DNA from: Candidatus Poribacteria bacterium
GTDB lineage: Bacteria > Poribacteria > WGA-4E > PCPOR2b
Reading direction: 5' to 3'
Assembly: GCA_965116925.1 (NCBI GenBank)
Contig: OZ220744.1
Coordinates: 3,936,001 to 4,000,000 of the forward strand
DNA length: 64,000 bases
Under the pieces are notes generated by a model. It did not search any database. It was not told the DNA's origin and saw only the letters and a list, made by a program, of their open reading frames with translations. Both the position numbers and the translations under genes were made by a program. Positions 49,785 to 60,319 of the stretch are shown here, piece after piece; within the stretch, counting starts at the first letter, position 1; each line of letters begins with the position of its first letter.

Positions 49785-50954
49785 ATGGCTGAATTGCATT
49801 TCGATTTCCGAGATATTTTCCGAGCCGGACGTTACGGTTTCGATGTAAAGAAGATTTTAGTTCATCTTTTCGGGCTGGTCCTCGGTTATCTCATTTATGA
49901 GATATTGGTATATGCAAGTTTGTTCATCGCAGGTGGTGGTGCGGTCAAACAATTTTGGGAGACCTACGCACTCCTGCCCGTTTGTCCTCTTGTCGATTAT
50001 GCTTTTGAGGACATTACAATAGGTGCGATGTGGCTCGGCACATTTATCCTGTTCGTGTTCTTTTTCTTAACGAGCACGATGGTGTCGAAAATTACAATTG
50101 AGCAACTGCGCGGCGATCATTTCTTTTCCATGAAGGCGTCTTGGGTTTTTGTGCGGAATCGTTGGAAATCGGTTTTCGGGACGCTTGTGGGTTTAGTTGT
50201 GATTCTCGTGATTTTGGCTTTAATACCGATCTTTGTCGGTTTGCTGGGAAAGATTCCAACAGTGGGTCGCTTCATTCTAATGTTCGCATCGGTCTTGACC
50301 CCTTTTGCCTTCTTTCTCGGATTGCTGATGGCTTATCTCCTTGTTGGGTTGGGGGTGAGTCTGTTTTTCGCGCCCTCTGTGGTTGCGGCTGCGGATTCGG
50401 ATGCTTTTGAAACGGCGTATCAACACCTTGCGATGGTTTGGAATCAACCGTGGCGGGTTCTTGTTTACGAAACCCTTCTGTTTGGCGTGAAGGTGATTTG
50501 CCTCCCGATTTGGATAATTTTTTGCTTGATTGGGTTTGCGTTAGCGATGCTGCCAACCCACTTTCTGATCCCTACGGATATACAGCAGATTATGTGGCAA
50601 GCGGATCGGTGGCTTGGTGGTTCAATTGGTAAACTTGCTGCGTTACCATACATGGAGCATTTCAAAGTATTTGATATTGGCTCCGAACTCACCAATTTGC
50701 CAATTACACTGAATATCGCCGCGATTTTTATGACGTTGTCTCTGTTATTTATCGCGGGTTTGGTTATTGGTTATCTCTTTTCGATTGCTTCGGCAGGTAA
50801 TACTCTCATCTATACAATACTGAGAAGACGGGTTGACGGGGGGAACTTATTAGAGGATGAAGAAGACGTTTCGAGCCCGGTTGCTCCGGAGGCACCACCT
50901 TCTGGGACTGTTTTGAATCCCGATACAGCCGAGACTGAAGAAAAAGCACAATGA
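49785..50954 (+). CDS. Hypothetical polytopic membrane protein
   Basis: Several TM segments; TTG 49761 is an alternative start. Confidence 0.75.
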   Translation: MAELHFDFRDIFRAGRYGFDVKKILVHLFGLVLGYLIYEILVYASLFIAGGGAVKQFWETYALLPVCPLVDYAFEDITIGAMWLGTFILFVFFFLTSTMVSKITIEQLRGDHFFSMKASWVFVRNRWKSVFGTLVGLVVILVILALIPIFVGLLGKIPTVGRFILMFASVLTPFAFFLGLLMAYLLVGLGVSLFFAPSVVAAADSDAFETAYQHLAMVWNQPWRVLVYETLLFGVKVICLPIWIIFCLIGFALAMLPTHFLIPTDIQQIMWQADRWLGGSIGKLAALPYMEHFKVFDIGSELTNLPITLNIAAIFMTLSLLFIAGLVIGYLFSIASAGNTLIYTILRRRVDGGNLLEDEEDVSSPVAPEAPPSGTVLNPDTAETEEKAQ

Positions 50955-50996
50955 AGTGTAACTAAATCGTGTGTCAAACGTCAAAGGATAAGTAAG

Positions 50997-51136
50997 CAGG
51001 ACTTACGCACTTCAGCGTTTTGACCTGACAGGGCCCTGACAAATTGCCGAATCGTGTCGGTGGGGCATTAAAACGGAAGTGTAGGTTCCACGTAGCGGAA
51101 GGGGTTGGATTTTACCGTTCAGCTGCGTAAGTCCTA
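50997..51136. mobile_element. MITE family C
   Basis: CAGGACTTACGCA...TGCGTAAGTCCTA. Confidence 0.75.
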
Positions 51137-51148
51137 AGTAAAATTAGA

Positions 51149-51280
51149 GGCTCATGTAAAAAGAAAGTGCAAAACACGAAGTGAAATCGTAGGGGCGGGG
51201 TCTCCCCGCCCACCGTAAGGGTTGGGTGACCCAACCCCTACGAATATTCGGCTTCTTTGCACTAAATCTTAACATGAGCG
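51149..51280. mobile_element. MITE family B with a REP doublet
   Basis: Family B TIRs; 7-bp direct repeat AATTAGA; GTAGGGGCGGGGTCTCCCCGCCC plus GGGTTGGGTGACCCAACCCCTAC. Confidence 0.8.
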
Positions 51281-51329
51281 AATTAGATAATGTTGGAAAT
51301 TTGTAAATTGTAAAGGGTGATGATGTTTC

Positions 51330-54263
51330 ATGCTTCAAAAAGTTTTGACTAAGGTTTTTGGCAGTAAACAGGACAGGGATATGAAGGCACTCCAACCGAT
51401 TGTGGACAAAATCAATCAGTTGGAGCCGGAGATGCAAGGTTTATCCGATGCTGCCCTCCAATCAAAGACACCGCACTTTCGAGAGAGATTGGATGCCGGT
51501 GAATCCCTCGACGCGCTCTTGCCCGAAGCGTTCGCTGCTGTGCGTGAAGCGGGGGTGCGTACGTTGAACCAACGCCACTACGACGTTCAACTCATGGGCG
51601 GAGTTGTGTTTCATCAAGGCAAAATCGCCGAAATGAAAACAGGCGAGGGAAAGACGCTAACCTCGACGCTCGCCGTCTATCTGAACGCTTTGGCGGGTAA
51701 AGGGGTCCACGTTGTGACCGTCAATGATTATCTCGCCAAGCGTGATGCGGAATGGATGGGAAAGATTTACACCTTCCTCGGATTGAGTGTGGGTTTAACA
51801 TACAGTGGATTGCCCCATAATTTGAAGGCGTTGGGATATAAATCGGACATTACCTATGGCGTGCACAGTGAATTCGGGTTCGATTATCTATGGGACAATA
51901 AGGGGCAGACGCTTGAGGAAAAGGTCCAGCGCGGGCATCATTACGCCATCGTTGATGAAGTCGACAGCATCCTGATTGACGAAGCGCGGACCCCGCTGAT
52001 TATCGCTGAACCTCAAGGGGAGCCGGTTGAACTGTATAAAAAGATAGACGCTGCGGTGCGACGATTGCAAAGTGAAAGACATTATGAACGTGACGAAAAA
52101 AGTAGCAAACGCGGCACTGTCGCCCTTACTGAGGAGGGTGTGGAAGAGATCGAACGCCTTCTAGGAGTAGAAGATCTCTACGGTCACGAAAGCATGAACT
52201 TGGTGCATCACGTCAATCAGGCGTTGATTGCACATACCCTTTATAAACGTGACGTAGACTATGTCGTGCAGGGTGGCGAGGTCATCATTGTCGATGAGTT
52301 TACCGGACGGCTGCAGGAGGGTAGGCGATTTAACGAAGGGCTCCATCAAGCCCTTGAAGCCAAAGAACGGGTACAGATTAAGCAGGAAAACCAAACCGGT
52401 GCGTCGATCACTTATCAGAACTATTTCCGGATGTACGAGAAGTTGGCGGGCATGACCGGTACAGCGGAGACGGAAGCAGCTGAATTTGCACATGTTTACG
52501 GCTTGGATGTCGTTGTTGTCCCCACAAACGAGCCGATGATTCGTATGGATCACCCGGATGTGATTTATAAGACAGAAGATGCAAAATACCGGGCGGTTCT
52601 TGAAGATATTATAGAGCAGCATGAGCAGGGACGCCCTGTGCTTGTTGGCACTATTTCAATCGAAAATTCTGAAAAATTGAGTCGGCTGCTCCGCAAAAAA
52701 CGGCGTGATATCAAACACCAAGTGCTGAACGCCAAAGAACATGCCCGTGAGGCGACAATCATCGCCCAGGCGGGTGTTCCCGGCAATGTAACGATTGCAA
52801 CGAATATGGCGGGTCGCGGTGTAGACATCCTGCTCGGTGGAAATCCGGAGGGCCTGGCGAAAGAGATCCTTCTGAAGAAGAAAGTAGACCCATCTACTGT
52901 TGACGAAGGTTCCGTAGAATGGCAGGAGGCTCTCGCTGAAGCTGAAACGATTTGCGCCCCAAATCGGGAACAGGTGTTAAAGGCGGGGGGCTTGCATATC
53001 ATTGCTACAGAACGGCATGAAGCACGACGGATCGATAACCAATTGCGTGGACGCGCCGGGCGTCAAGGCGACCCGGGATCCTCTCGCTTTTACCTCTCAC
53101 TCGAAGATGACTTAATGCGGAAGTTCGGATCTGAGCGCTTATCTGGTATCATGGATCGGTTGGGCATGGAAGAAGATGTACCGATTGAACACAAAGCGGT
53201 GACAAACGCGATTGAAAAAGCACAAAAGCGGGTTGAGCAGGTCTTCTTCGAGATGCGGAAGAATCGGCTCAAGTTTGACGACGTGATGAATTCGCAACGT
53301 CAAAGTATCTACAGTTTGCGCGATAGCATTTTGGAAGGGGACGATCTCAAAGAAACAATTTGGGAAATGATCGAGAATGTGCTGGATGACTACCTTGAGG
53401 AACATTTGCCCGAACATATCAATGATGAGAAATTATCGAGCATTCGCCCAGAATTCCAAAATCAGTTAGACAGTAGCGAACCGATCTCGGCGGGTTCGTT
53501 GCAGGAACTTAGAGGCAATGGTCTTGCTCTGTCCGAAAATGTATCCGTTTCCACGTCTAAAAAAGGCAGCGAATGGTTGGTCTCCGATGACTCCGATGAT
53601 GCGGATCAGAATACATACGTCATCAGGAAAGAAGGTAACCAACTAAATGTTTACGACGGTACGATTGAAGGCTTTAAGACTTGGGGGGCGAATACTTTCA
53701 CGATTGATGCGACAGATTTGCAGCAACCGTTGAACATGAGTCGATCCGAACTGCGGGAATATCTCCTCAAATTGCTGCGCCAGTTTTATGAACAACGTGA
53801 AGTCGAAATGGGTTCAGATTTGATGCGTACGCTTGAACGCCTGATTCTGATCGACCGCATTGATCACCACTGGAAAGATCATCTGTACAATATTGATTAC
53901 ATCGAAGAGGGAATTTATCTGCGTGGCTATGCTGGCAAAGATCCGATTGTTGTCTTCAAAAATGAAGCCTTCAGCGTCTTTGAAGCGATGCACCGACGAA
54001 TTGAAGAGGAGGTCAGTGAATATATCTTCAAAGCGCGTATTGAAACCACACCCCTTCCAAGCGATCGACCAAGGCAGGCTTCCCGTCGTAGGGAAGCTAT
54101 GAACACCCAGGGTGCCATTGCAGGAACGCTCGATGGGCAATCGGCGAGTGACACTGCTGAATTTGCTTCCCGTCAGGCGGCTGGTGGACTCCCGAAGGTA
54201 GGGCGCAACGCGCCATGTCCTTGCGGAAGTGGTAAAAAGTATAAAAAGTGTCACGGTAAGTAG
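51330..54263 (+). CDS. secA: Preprotein translocase ATPase SecA
   Basis: [70 protein letters not shown]. Confidence 0.98.
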   Translation: MLQKVLTKVFGSKQDRDMKALQPIVDKINQLEPEMQGLSDAALQSKTPHFRERLDAGESLDALLPEAFAAVREAGVRTLNQRHYDVQLMGGVVFHQGKIAEMKTGEGKTLTSTLAVYLNALAGKGVHVVTVNDYLAKRDAEWMGKIYTFLGLSVGLTYSGLPHNLKALGYKSDITYGVHSEFGFDYLWDNKGQTLEEKVQRGHHYAIVDEVDSILIDEARTPLIIAEPQGEPVELYKKIDAAVRRLQSERHYERDEKSSKRGTVALTEEGVEEIERLLGVEDLYGHESMNLVHHVNQALIAHTLYKRDVDYVVQGGEVIIVDEFTGRLQEGRRFNEGLHQALEAKERVQIKQENQTGASITYQNYFRMYEKLAGMTGTAETEAAEFAHVYGLDVVVVPTNEPMIRMDHPDVIYKTEDAKYRAVLEDIIEQHEQGRPVLVGTISIENSEKLSRLLRKKRRDIKHQVLNAKEHAREATIIAQAGVPGNVTIATNMAGRGVDILLGGNPEGLAKEILLKKKVDPSTVDEGSVEWQEALAEAETICAPNREQVLKAGGLHIIATERHEARRIDNQLRGRAGRQGDPGSSRFYLSLEDDLMRKFGSERLSGIMDRLGMEEDVPIEHKAVTNAIEKAQKRVEQVFFEMRKNRLKFDDVMNSQRQSIYSLRDSILEGDDLKETIWEMIENVLDDYLEEHLPEHINDEKLSSIRPEFQNQLDSSEPISAGSLQELRGNGLALSENVSVSTSKKGSEWLVSDDSDDADQNTYVIRKEGNQLNVYDGTIEGFKTWGANTFTIDATDLQQPLNMSRSELREYLLKLLRQFYEQREVEMGSDLMRTLERLILIDRIDHHWKDHLYNIDYIEEGIYLRGYAGKDPIVVFKNEAFSVFEAMHRRIEEEVSEYIFKARIETTPLPSDRPRQASRRREAMNTQGAIAGTLDGQSASDTAEFASRQAAGGLPKVGRNAPCPCGSGKKYKKCHGK

Positions 54264-54317
54264 AAGGTCAAGAATCGGTAAACACTCCGAAGGGGCACAC
54301 AATTATGGGGGATTCCC

Positions 54318-54515
54318 TTGAGTTCACAGGCACAAGAGATTAGTAGCGAATTACTTGAGATCCTCGCATGTCCGGCTTGTAAGGGCGATATTGAGTATAA
54401 TCAGGAAAATCAGCAGTTGATTTGTATCGGTCAATGCAAGCGGCGTTACCCAATTCGCGATGGGATTCCAGTCATGCTCATTGGCGAAGCGGAGATGCCG
54501 GCAGATGAAGCGTAA
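54318..54515 (+). CDS. Trm112 family protein
   Basis: LLEILACPACKG ... YPIRDGIPVML. Confidence 0.9.
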   Translation: MSSQAQEISSELLEILACPACKGDIEYNQENQQLICIGQCKRRYPIRDGIPVMLIGEAEMPADEA

Positions 54516-54696
54516 TAGGTAATGCGGGCATCGTAGATTAGGCAATCTGCGCCGCGATTGGCATCATTTGCACGACCACTGGGATTCTATAACATAAACC
54601 AAGTCGTTAGAATCAGACAGAAACCGAGTTTTGAAGAAGCTAGCAACTTGCGTTACATAATAAAAAACACATAGTGGGAAATTCACCAGATAACTT

Positions 54697-55563
54697 ATGA
54701 CTCGTCGAAAAAGAGTGATTATCATTTTAATTGTTGTTATTGGAGTGGTGTTCTTCTTATTGATTGGACGGACCTTGGTGCAAAGTGGGTCGATTGGCGA
54801 CAAGGTTGCAGTCATCGATATCACTGGGACCATTTCGCGCACACAAACCACTATTGGTCAGATCCATAAGTATCGTGATGATGAAGCCATTAAGGCAATC
54901 GTCCTGCGTATTAACTCACCGGGTGGGAGTGTTGCCCCCGTTCAAGAGATCCATAGCGAATTGAAAAAATTGGAAAAACCGATTGTGGCTTCGATGGGCA
55001 GTACCGCTGCGTCCGGCGGTTATTATATCGCCGCTATTGCCGATGAAATTCTTGCGAATCCCGGCACCTTGACAGGCAGCATCGGGGTCATCATGCAATT
55101 TACAAAACTGAAAGGTCTCTACGAAAAGGTTGGATTAGAACAGCAGGTTGTTAAGAGTGGTAAGTTTAAGGATACAGGTTCACCGGTGCGCGATATGACG
55201 GACGAAGAACGTGAACTCCTGCAAGCAACGCTTGATGATGTTCACAATCAGTTCATTGATGCTGTCTTTGAAGGGCGGCAGGAATATTTGACGCGCGAGG
55301 AAATTGTTGCACTCGCTGACGGGCGAATCTTTTCGGGACAGCAAGCGTTGGAACATAGGTTAGTCGATCAACTTGGCAACTTACCCGACGCGATTGAACG
55401 TGCGGGAGAACTTGGCGGTATTGAAGGGAAACCGAAAGTGGTTCGCACAGAGCGCAAAACCTCTATGCTTGAAAGGCTGTTAGGTCCTACAGGGAAAGAG
55501 AATTTAGATAGATTGCTTGACAGTGCCGGTGTTACTTTCCGGTATGAACTGCATATTCAATGA
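54697..55563 (+). CDS. sppA: Signal peptide peptidase SppA (short form)
   Basis: LRINSPGG, AASGGYY, TGSIGV, KSGKFKD, ADGRIFSG. Confidence 0.95.
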   Translation: MTRRKRVIIILIVVIGVVFFLLIGRTLVQSGSIGDKVAVIDITGTISRTQTTIGQIHKYRDDEAIKAIVLRINSPGGSVAPVQEIHSELKKLEKPIVASMGSTAASGGYYIAAIADEILANPGTLTGSIGVIMQFTKLKGLYEKVGLEQQVVKSGKFKDTGSPVRDMTDEERELLQATLDDVHNQFIDAVFEGRQEYLTREEIVALADGRIFSGQQALEHRLVDQLGNLPDAIERAGELGGIEGKPKVVRTERKTSMLERLLGPTGKENLDRLLDSAGVTFRYELHIQ

Positions 55564-55586
55564 AGTTGTTGTGGGATTAATACTGA

Positions 55587-55700
55587 GACTCATGCTAAGA
55601 AAGCGTGCAACAGAAACTAAGTTTTGGGCACGGATAGGCGGGGCAAGATGCCCCGCCTACGGTTTCTTTCGGTATTTTGCACTTTCTTTTTACATGAGCC
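55587..55700. mobile_element. MITE family B (inverted)
   Basis: 9-bp direct repeat TAATACTGA; core GGCGGGGCAAGATGCCCCGCCTAC. Confidence 0.8.
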
Positions 55701-55726
55701 TAATACTGAATAGTCGTATAAAGTAA

Positions 55727-56773
55727 ATGGCAGATCTCTACCAACCGAATCGTGATTGGGAAATCCTTGCCCGTAAGGTGGTACAACCTCAACAGATTGT
55801 ACTGGTTATTGGCGCAACGGATGTCGGCAAGTCAACGTTCTGCCGGTTTCTCATTGAGCGGGGTGTAACGAGTGGACTGAAGGTTGGCTTCGTTGATGCA
55901 GATGTGGGGCAATCACAGATTGGACCACCGACCACGATTGGGTTGAAAGTCGTTGCGCCAAACGATTCGATGGAACGCCTTAAAGAGATTGATGGCGAAC
56001 CTGATGCGCTTTATTTTGTAGGATGGAATTCACCAGAACGACACTTGCTGCAATGCGTGGCAGGGACACGTTTGATGGTTGATGCTGCCTTGAAAACGGG
56101 GGTAGATTTGATTGTGGTCGATACCACAGGCTATATAGAAGGGGACCCCGCGGTTATTCTAAAGCAGCATAAAATCGAGTTGGTTAAGCCGACGCACTTG
56201 ATTTGTCTCCATCGGTCACGCGAGCTGGAGGCGATTGTCGCTCCTTTTGAGGGCAACGATGTAATAGAGACACATCGTCTCTTGCCGCATAGGAGCGTTA
56301 CTTCTAAAAGCGACGAATTTCGCAGGAAGTACCGTGAGTCGAGGTTCGCGCGCTATTTTTCAGATTGTGTTCAGGAGATGTTACCCTTCGATCAGATTCG
56401 TGGGCAACGAACCCCATTCTTCAATGGACGGCAGGGGAACCCCAAAGAACAGGAAATGCTCTCCGATTTTGTCGATGACCGCGTTTTTTACGCGGAATGG
56501 GGACATCGATCGTTGGTATTGGTCACGCTAGATGCACCGCCGAGTCTAATCCAAGCACGATTGAAAAATCATTTAAGTTTGAAGAATTTGGTCGTCGAAA
56601 CTCCCCAATACTTTGAAGGTTGCTTGGTCGGGTTACTCGACGCATCAGGCACAACGATGTCAATTGGAGTGATTGATGCTGTCGATTTCAATGTCAAGCA
56701 GTTGAAAATACGCTGCAAGGTAGGAACGGCAGCCAAGACAAAAACCATCCAGTTTGGACGGTATAGAATGTGA
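55727..56773 (+). CDS. Clp1/Nol9-family polynucleotide 5'-hydroxyl kinase
   Basis: GATDVGKST, DADVGQSQIGPP, VDTTG, RRKYRE. Confidence 0.88.
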   Translation: MADLYQPNRDWEILARKVVQPQQIVLVIGATDVGKSTFCRFLIERGVTSGLKVGFVDADVGQSQIGPPTTIGLKVVAPNDSMERLKEIDGEPDALYFVGWNSPERHLLQCVAGTRLMVDAALKTGVDLIVVDTTGYIEGDPAVILKQHKIELVKPTHLICLHRSRELEAIVAPFEGNDVIETHRLLPHRSVTSKSDEFRRKYRESRFARYFSDCVQEMLPFDQIRGQRTPFFNGRQGNPKEQEMLSDFVDDRVFYAEWGHRSLVLVTLDAPPSLIQARLKNHLSLKNLVVETPQYFEGCLVGLLDASGTTMSIGVIDAVDFNVKQLKIRCKVGTAAKTKTIQFGRYRM

Positions 56774-56779
56774 CGCACG

Positions 56780-57499
56780 ATGTGGGATCAGACCTATCTC
56801 CTTTCCGAACTCCCTCCGGCAGCAGAAACAGCAGAGGAGGTCGAATTCATTTGTGAAGCACTTGAACTTATGCAAGGAGCGACTGTCCTAGATCTCTGCT
56901 GCGGTCAGGGACGGCATGGGCAACTCTTGGCAGACAGAGACATGAAGGTTGTCGGCTTAGATAGTTCCCGCTTCCTTTTAGCGGAAGCGCAGAAAAATGG
57001 ATCTTCAAGTCAGAGTCGTCTACATCTCGTTGAAGGGGATACACGCCATATCCCTTTGAAGCCGGTCTGTGATGCTGTTATTAATCTCTTTACCAGCTTC
57101 GGTTTTTTTGAAGATAATGAAAATAAAAGGATTATTACAGCGGTTGCAGCATCGCTCAAACCGGGCGGGAGATTTCTGCTGGAGCACTGGAATCCTTACG
57201 TGGTGCTTCAGTTGAATCAAACGCGCAACTGGTGGTGGATGTCCGAATCGTTATTAGCACTTGCGGAGGTCGAGTACGATCCGGCATCTGGCTGGCTCTC
57301 CGACCATCGAACAGTAATAGATCTCTCCACCGGCGCAGTTCGGGAGTCAGTCAATCGCATTCGTTTCTACTTCCCGACCGAATTGGAAGGGATGCTAGCA
57401 TCGGCGGGCTTGAAGGTGCGTGCGATGTACGGCGACTTTGATTATAGCCCATTTCTGACGGAGTCGAGGCGGCTCATAACGATTGCGGAAAAGTGCTAA
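56780..57499 (+). CDS. Class I SAM-dependent methyltransferase
   Basis: VLDLCCGQGRH, LFTSFGFF, LKPGG. Confidence 0.9.
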   Translation: MWDQTYLLSELPPAAETAEEVEFICEALELMQGATVLDLCCGQGRHGQLLADRDMKVVGLDSSRFLLAEAQKNGSSSQSRLHLVEGDTRHIPLKPVCDAVINLFTSFGFFEDNENKRIITAVAASLKPGGRFLLEHWNPYVVLQLNQTRNWWWMSESLLALAEVEYDPASGWLSDHRTVIDLSTGAVRESVNRIRFYFPTELEGMLASAGLKVRAMYGDFDYSPFLTESRRLITIAEKC

Positions 57500-57501
57500 C
57501 A

Positions 57502-59313
57502 ATGTCCACATCCTCGCGTTTCGCAAAGTATCTATCGCCGCACCTCGGTTCAATCGTATTAGCGGTAGTTTGTGCGTTGGTCATTTCTCTTTGTGATGCA
57601 GGCTACGGTTACATTTTTGGATATACAGTTGAGGCGATCACGTTAATCGCCACCCAGCGTTTTGAAGATGGTCCTATTCAGATCCGATATTTCCATCTTG
57701 AAAAGTTCATTAATGGTCTCGAAATTACTATTACAGATGCGACCGACGCCTTCAAACTTATTGGCTGGGTATTAGGGATCATCCTTACACTCGTCGTAGT
57801 TAAAGGGGGATTTACTTACTGTAACGATTACCTAATGGCGCGCGTTGGATATCAATTGATTACCCGAGTGCGAAACGAGTTATACGAAAGCATTCTTTTT
57901 GCTCCTTTGGGATTACTAAAAGCGCATCGGACAGGGGATTTGATGGCACGCGTCACAGATGATGTCCGGACATGGCAGTACGCCATTGGATCTACAGCAA
58001 ACACCATTCGCGCAGCTGTCTCCATCCCTGTCTTTGTCTCAGTTATGCTGTTCCAAAGTGTTCAGATGACGTTGCTTGCGTTGCTCGTTTTTCCACTGCT
58101 AGCCCACTTGATTCACCGATTTGGGCAACGTATCCACGGCACTAGCTCGGAAATTCAACAACAGATTGGGGATATCTCTTCGCAACTGAAAGAAACGCTG
58201 TTCGGGCTTAAAATTATCAAGAGCTTTACTGCGGAGGAGGTAGAACGTAGCCGCTTTGTCGCAACAAACAGGGGACAGTATCGTGCCGCTATGCGCCGTG
58301 TGCGACTCACAGCGATGTTGCCCCCACTTGTGGAATTTATTAGTGCGATCGGTGTTGCAACCGTATTTGGATTTGGCTGCTGGCAGGTTGTTCAAGGTCA
58401 ACTCCAAATCGGTGGGTTTATCTGGTACATTGCGGTAGCTAGCTTGATGTTTAAGCCGATCAAAACCATTGGACTCTTCAACAATGTGCTACAGCAGAGT
58501 CTGGCTTCTGCGAAAAGAATTTTCTATGTTCTTGACTTTGAGAGGGAAGCGTCCAAGCGCAACAAACAGTTGAAGCTACCATCGGTTCGTGGTGAGGTTG
58601 AGTTTCGAGATGTCTCCTTCGGCTATGAATACGAGCCGGTCGTCAAGCATATCAGTTTTCATGCGAAGCCGGGCGAAGTTATTGCGTTGGTGGGTCGGAG
58701 TGGAAGCGGAAAAACAACGCTACTCAATCTGCTGTCTCGTTTCTATGAAGTAGATTCTGGCGAGATTCTAATTGACGGGATTCCTACCTCCGAAGTGGCA
58801 CTGGACGATCTTAGACGCCATATCGCGATTGTGCCGCAGGATACTATCCTATTTGATGGGATGGTAATAGAGAACATCATCTATGGTGCCCCGGCAGCGA
58901 CACGAGAGGCGGCAATTGAAGCAGCAAAACAAGCAAACGCACACGATTTCATCATTCAAATGCCCAAAGGATATGAAACACAGATTGGCGAATCCGGTGC
59001 CAAGTTATCCACCGGTCAGCAGCAACGTCTCTCGATTGCACGAGCGATCCTGAAGGGTCCGCCTATCCTTGTGCTTGATGAAGCCACTTCAGCACTTGAT
59101 AGTCAGTCGGAGGTGCTGGTTCAAGCCTCTCTTGAAAACCTAATGAAAGGCAGGACAACCTTCGTTATCGCCCATCGGCTTTCGACCGTTGTTCATGCAG
59201 ACAAAATTCTTGTCCTGAATGGTGGGGAGATTGTTGAAAGCGGCACACACCAAGAGTTATTAAAAAATGGAGGGCTATACCAGAAACTGTGTCAGATGCA
59301 GTTTCGAGGCTGA
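57502..59313 (+). CDS. MsbA-like ABC transporter (TMD plus NBD)
   Basis: GRSGSGKT, VPQD, LSTGQQQR, LDEATSALD, IAHRLST. Confidence 0.93.
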   Translation: MSTSSRFAKYLSPHLGSIVLAVVCALVISLCDAGYGYIFGYTVEAITLIATQRFEDGPIQIRYFHLEKFINGLEITITDATDAFKLIGWVLGIILTLVVVKGGFTYCNDYLMARVGYQLITRVRNELYESILFAPLGLLKAHRTGDLMARVTDDVRTWQYAIGSTANTIRAAVSIPVFVSVMLFQSVQMTLLALLVFPLLAHLIHRFGQRIHGTSSEIQQQIGDISSQLKETLFGLKIIKSFTAEEVERSRFVATNRGQYRAAMRRVRLTAMLPPLVEFISAIGVATVFGFGCWQVVQGQLQIGGFIWYIAVASLMFKPIKTIGLFNNVLQQSLASAKRIFYVLDFEREASKRNKQLKLPSVRGEVEFRDVSFGYEYEPVVKHISFHAKPGEVIALVGRSGSGKTTLLNLLSRFYEVDSGEILIDGIPTSEVALDDLRRHIAIVPQDTILFDGMVIENIIYGAPAATREAAIEAAKQANAHDFIIQMPKGYETQIGESGAKLSTGQQQRLSIARAILKGPPILVLDEATSALDSQSEVLVQASLENLMKGRTTFVIAHRLSTVVHADKILVLNGGEIVESGTHQELLKNGGLYQKLCQMQFRG

Positions 59314-59332
59314 ACCGTGTCTCTGGCTGAAT

Positions 59333-59434
59333 TATAGTAGATTTTAGAATTAATGGGACACGCCAAACCGGTGCGGTGACAAACCGCACCTACCGGGGGG
59401 CGCAAGTGTTTCTTTATTTTTTAAATTCACTATA
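59333..59434. mobile_element. MITE family A
   Basis: Close match to 45997..46098. Confidence 0.8.
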
Positions 59435-59598
59435 AGATGATCTTGATGGAGCAGCTAAATTCTTGTAAATTATTTGTAAACTGAATCGGGTAAAAAAGCG
59501 TCTCAATGTTGATCAAATAAATGTTGTTTTAATTTAGGGGTTGACATTAGTGTTGGCAGTTATGATAGTATATACCCCTTTGAGAAAATTTTCGGCGT

Positions 59599-60135
59599 TC
59601 AATCCCAAATTGATTCTTGAAATGCTTTTTTGGTAACAGCGCCTTCAAGGTCTGAAGATTTATACACGGCTTCTGAAAGATCGACCTCATATAAATAGGC
59701 GCCCTTGAGGTTAGCTCCAAACAGAATAACGCCTTTTACGACAGTTTCACCGAAAGTTGCATCTTCGAGGTCGGCGTTTTCAAAGCTCGTTAGGCTGCCA
59801 AACGCATCCGAAACGACCCAATCTGGTGCCCCAATTGTAGCTTGGCGTAAATTCGCGCCTCGAAAATTTGTGCCAGAAAGTACCGCACCGCTGAGAAACG
59901 CGCCTTCAAGGTCTGCGCCTTCAAAGTTAGCGTTGGTTAAATTTGCTCCAACCAGGAAAACGCCTTTCATTATTGCACCTTTAAGGTTAGCATTGGAAAG
60001 ATTTGCGGCGTTGAAGTTTGCTTCCGTTAAATCGGTGGAAGCCCCCGACAGATCGATATCTGTCAAGTCTTCTCCAATAAATGATTCGCCTTGTTGAAGA
60101 CGTCTAAGAATATCGGTTTTGGTAAGTTGATTCAT
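59599..60135 (-). CDS. Pentapeptide repeat protein
   Basis: A(N/D)(L/F)xx repeats; RBS GGAGG. Confidence 0.9.
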   Translation of the reverse strand: MNQLTKTDILRRLQQGESFIGEDLTDIDLSGASTDLTEANFNAANLSNANLKGAIMKGVFLVGANLTNANFEGADLEGAFLSGAVLSGTNFRGANLRQATIGAPDWVVSDAFGSLTSFENADLEDATFGETVVKGVILFGANLKGAYLYEVDLSEAVYKSSDLEGAVTKKAFQESIWD

Positions 60136-60319
60136 AGTGACCTCCGAGTTGATGAATGATTATGTAAGTCGTTGATACTTATTATAACATATCACGTTTC
60201 AGACATCATGTGCATTGTATAAATGTGACTGATAAATAGTAGGAGATTTATGGATTTTTTATATATTTTTGACCTTTTTAAGGTTCGACAGAGTTTAGCA
60301 GAATGGAGATGAACAAGAA

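Noticed and set aside
59541..59571. TTGACA promoter pointing antisense into the pentapeptide gene
   Set aside because: Candidate -10 boxes sit at 14 or 19 bp spacing; too weak to call
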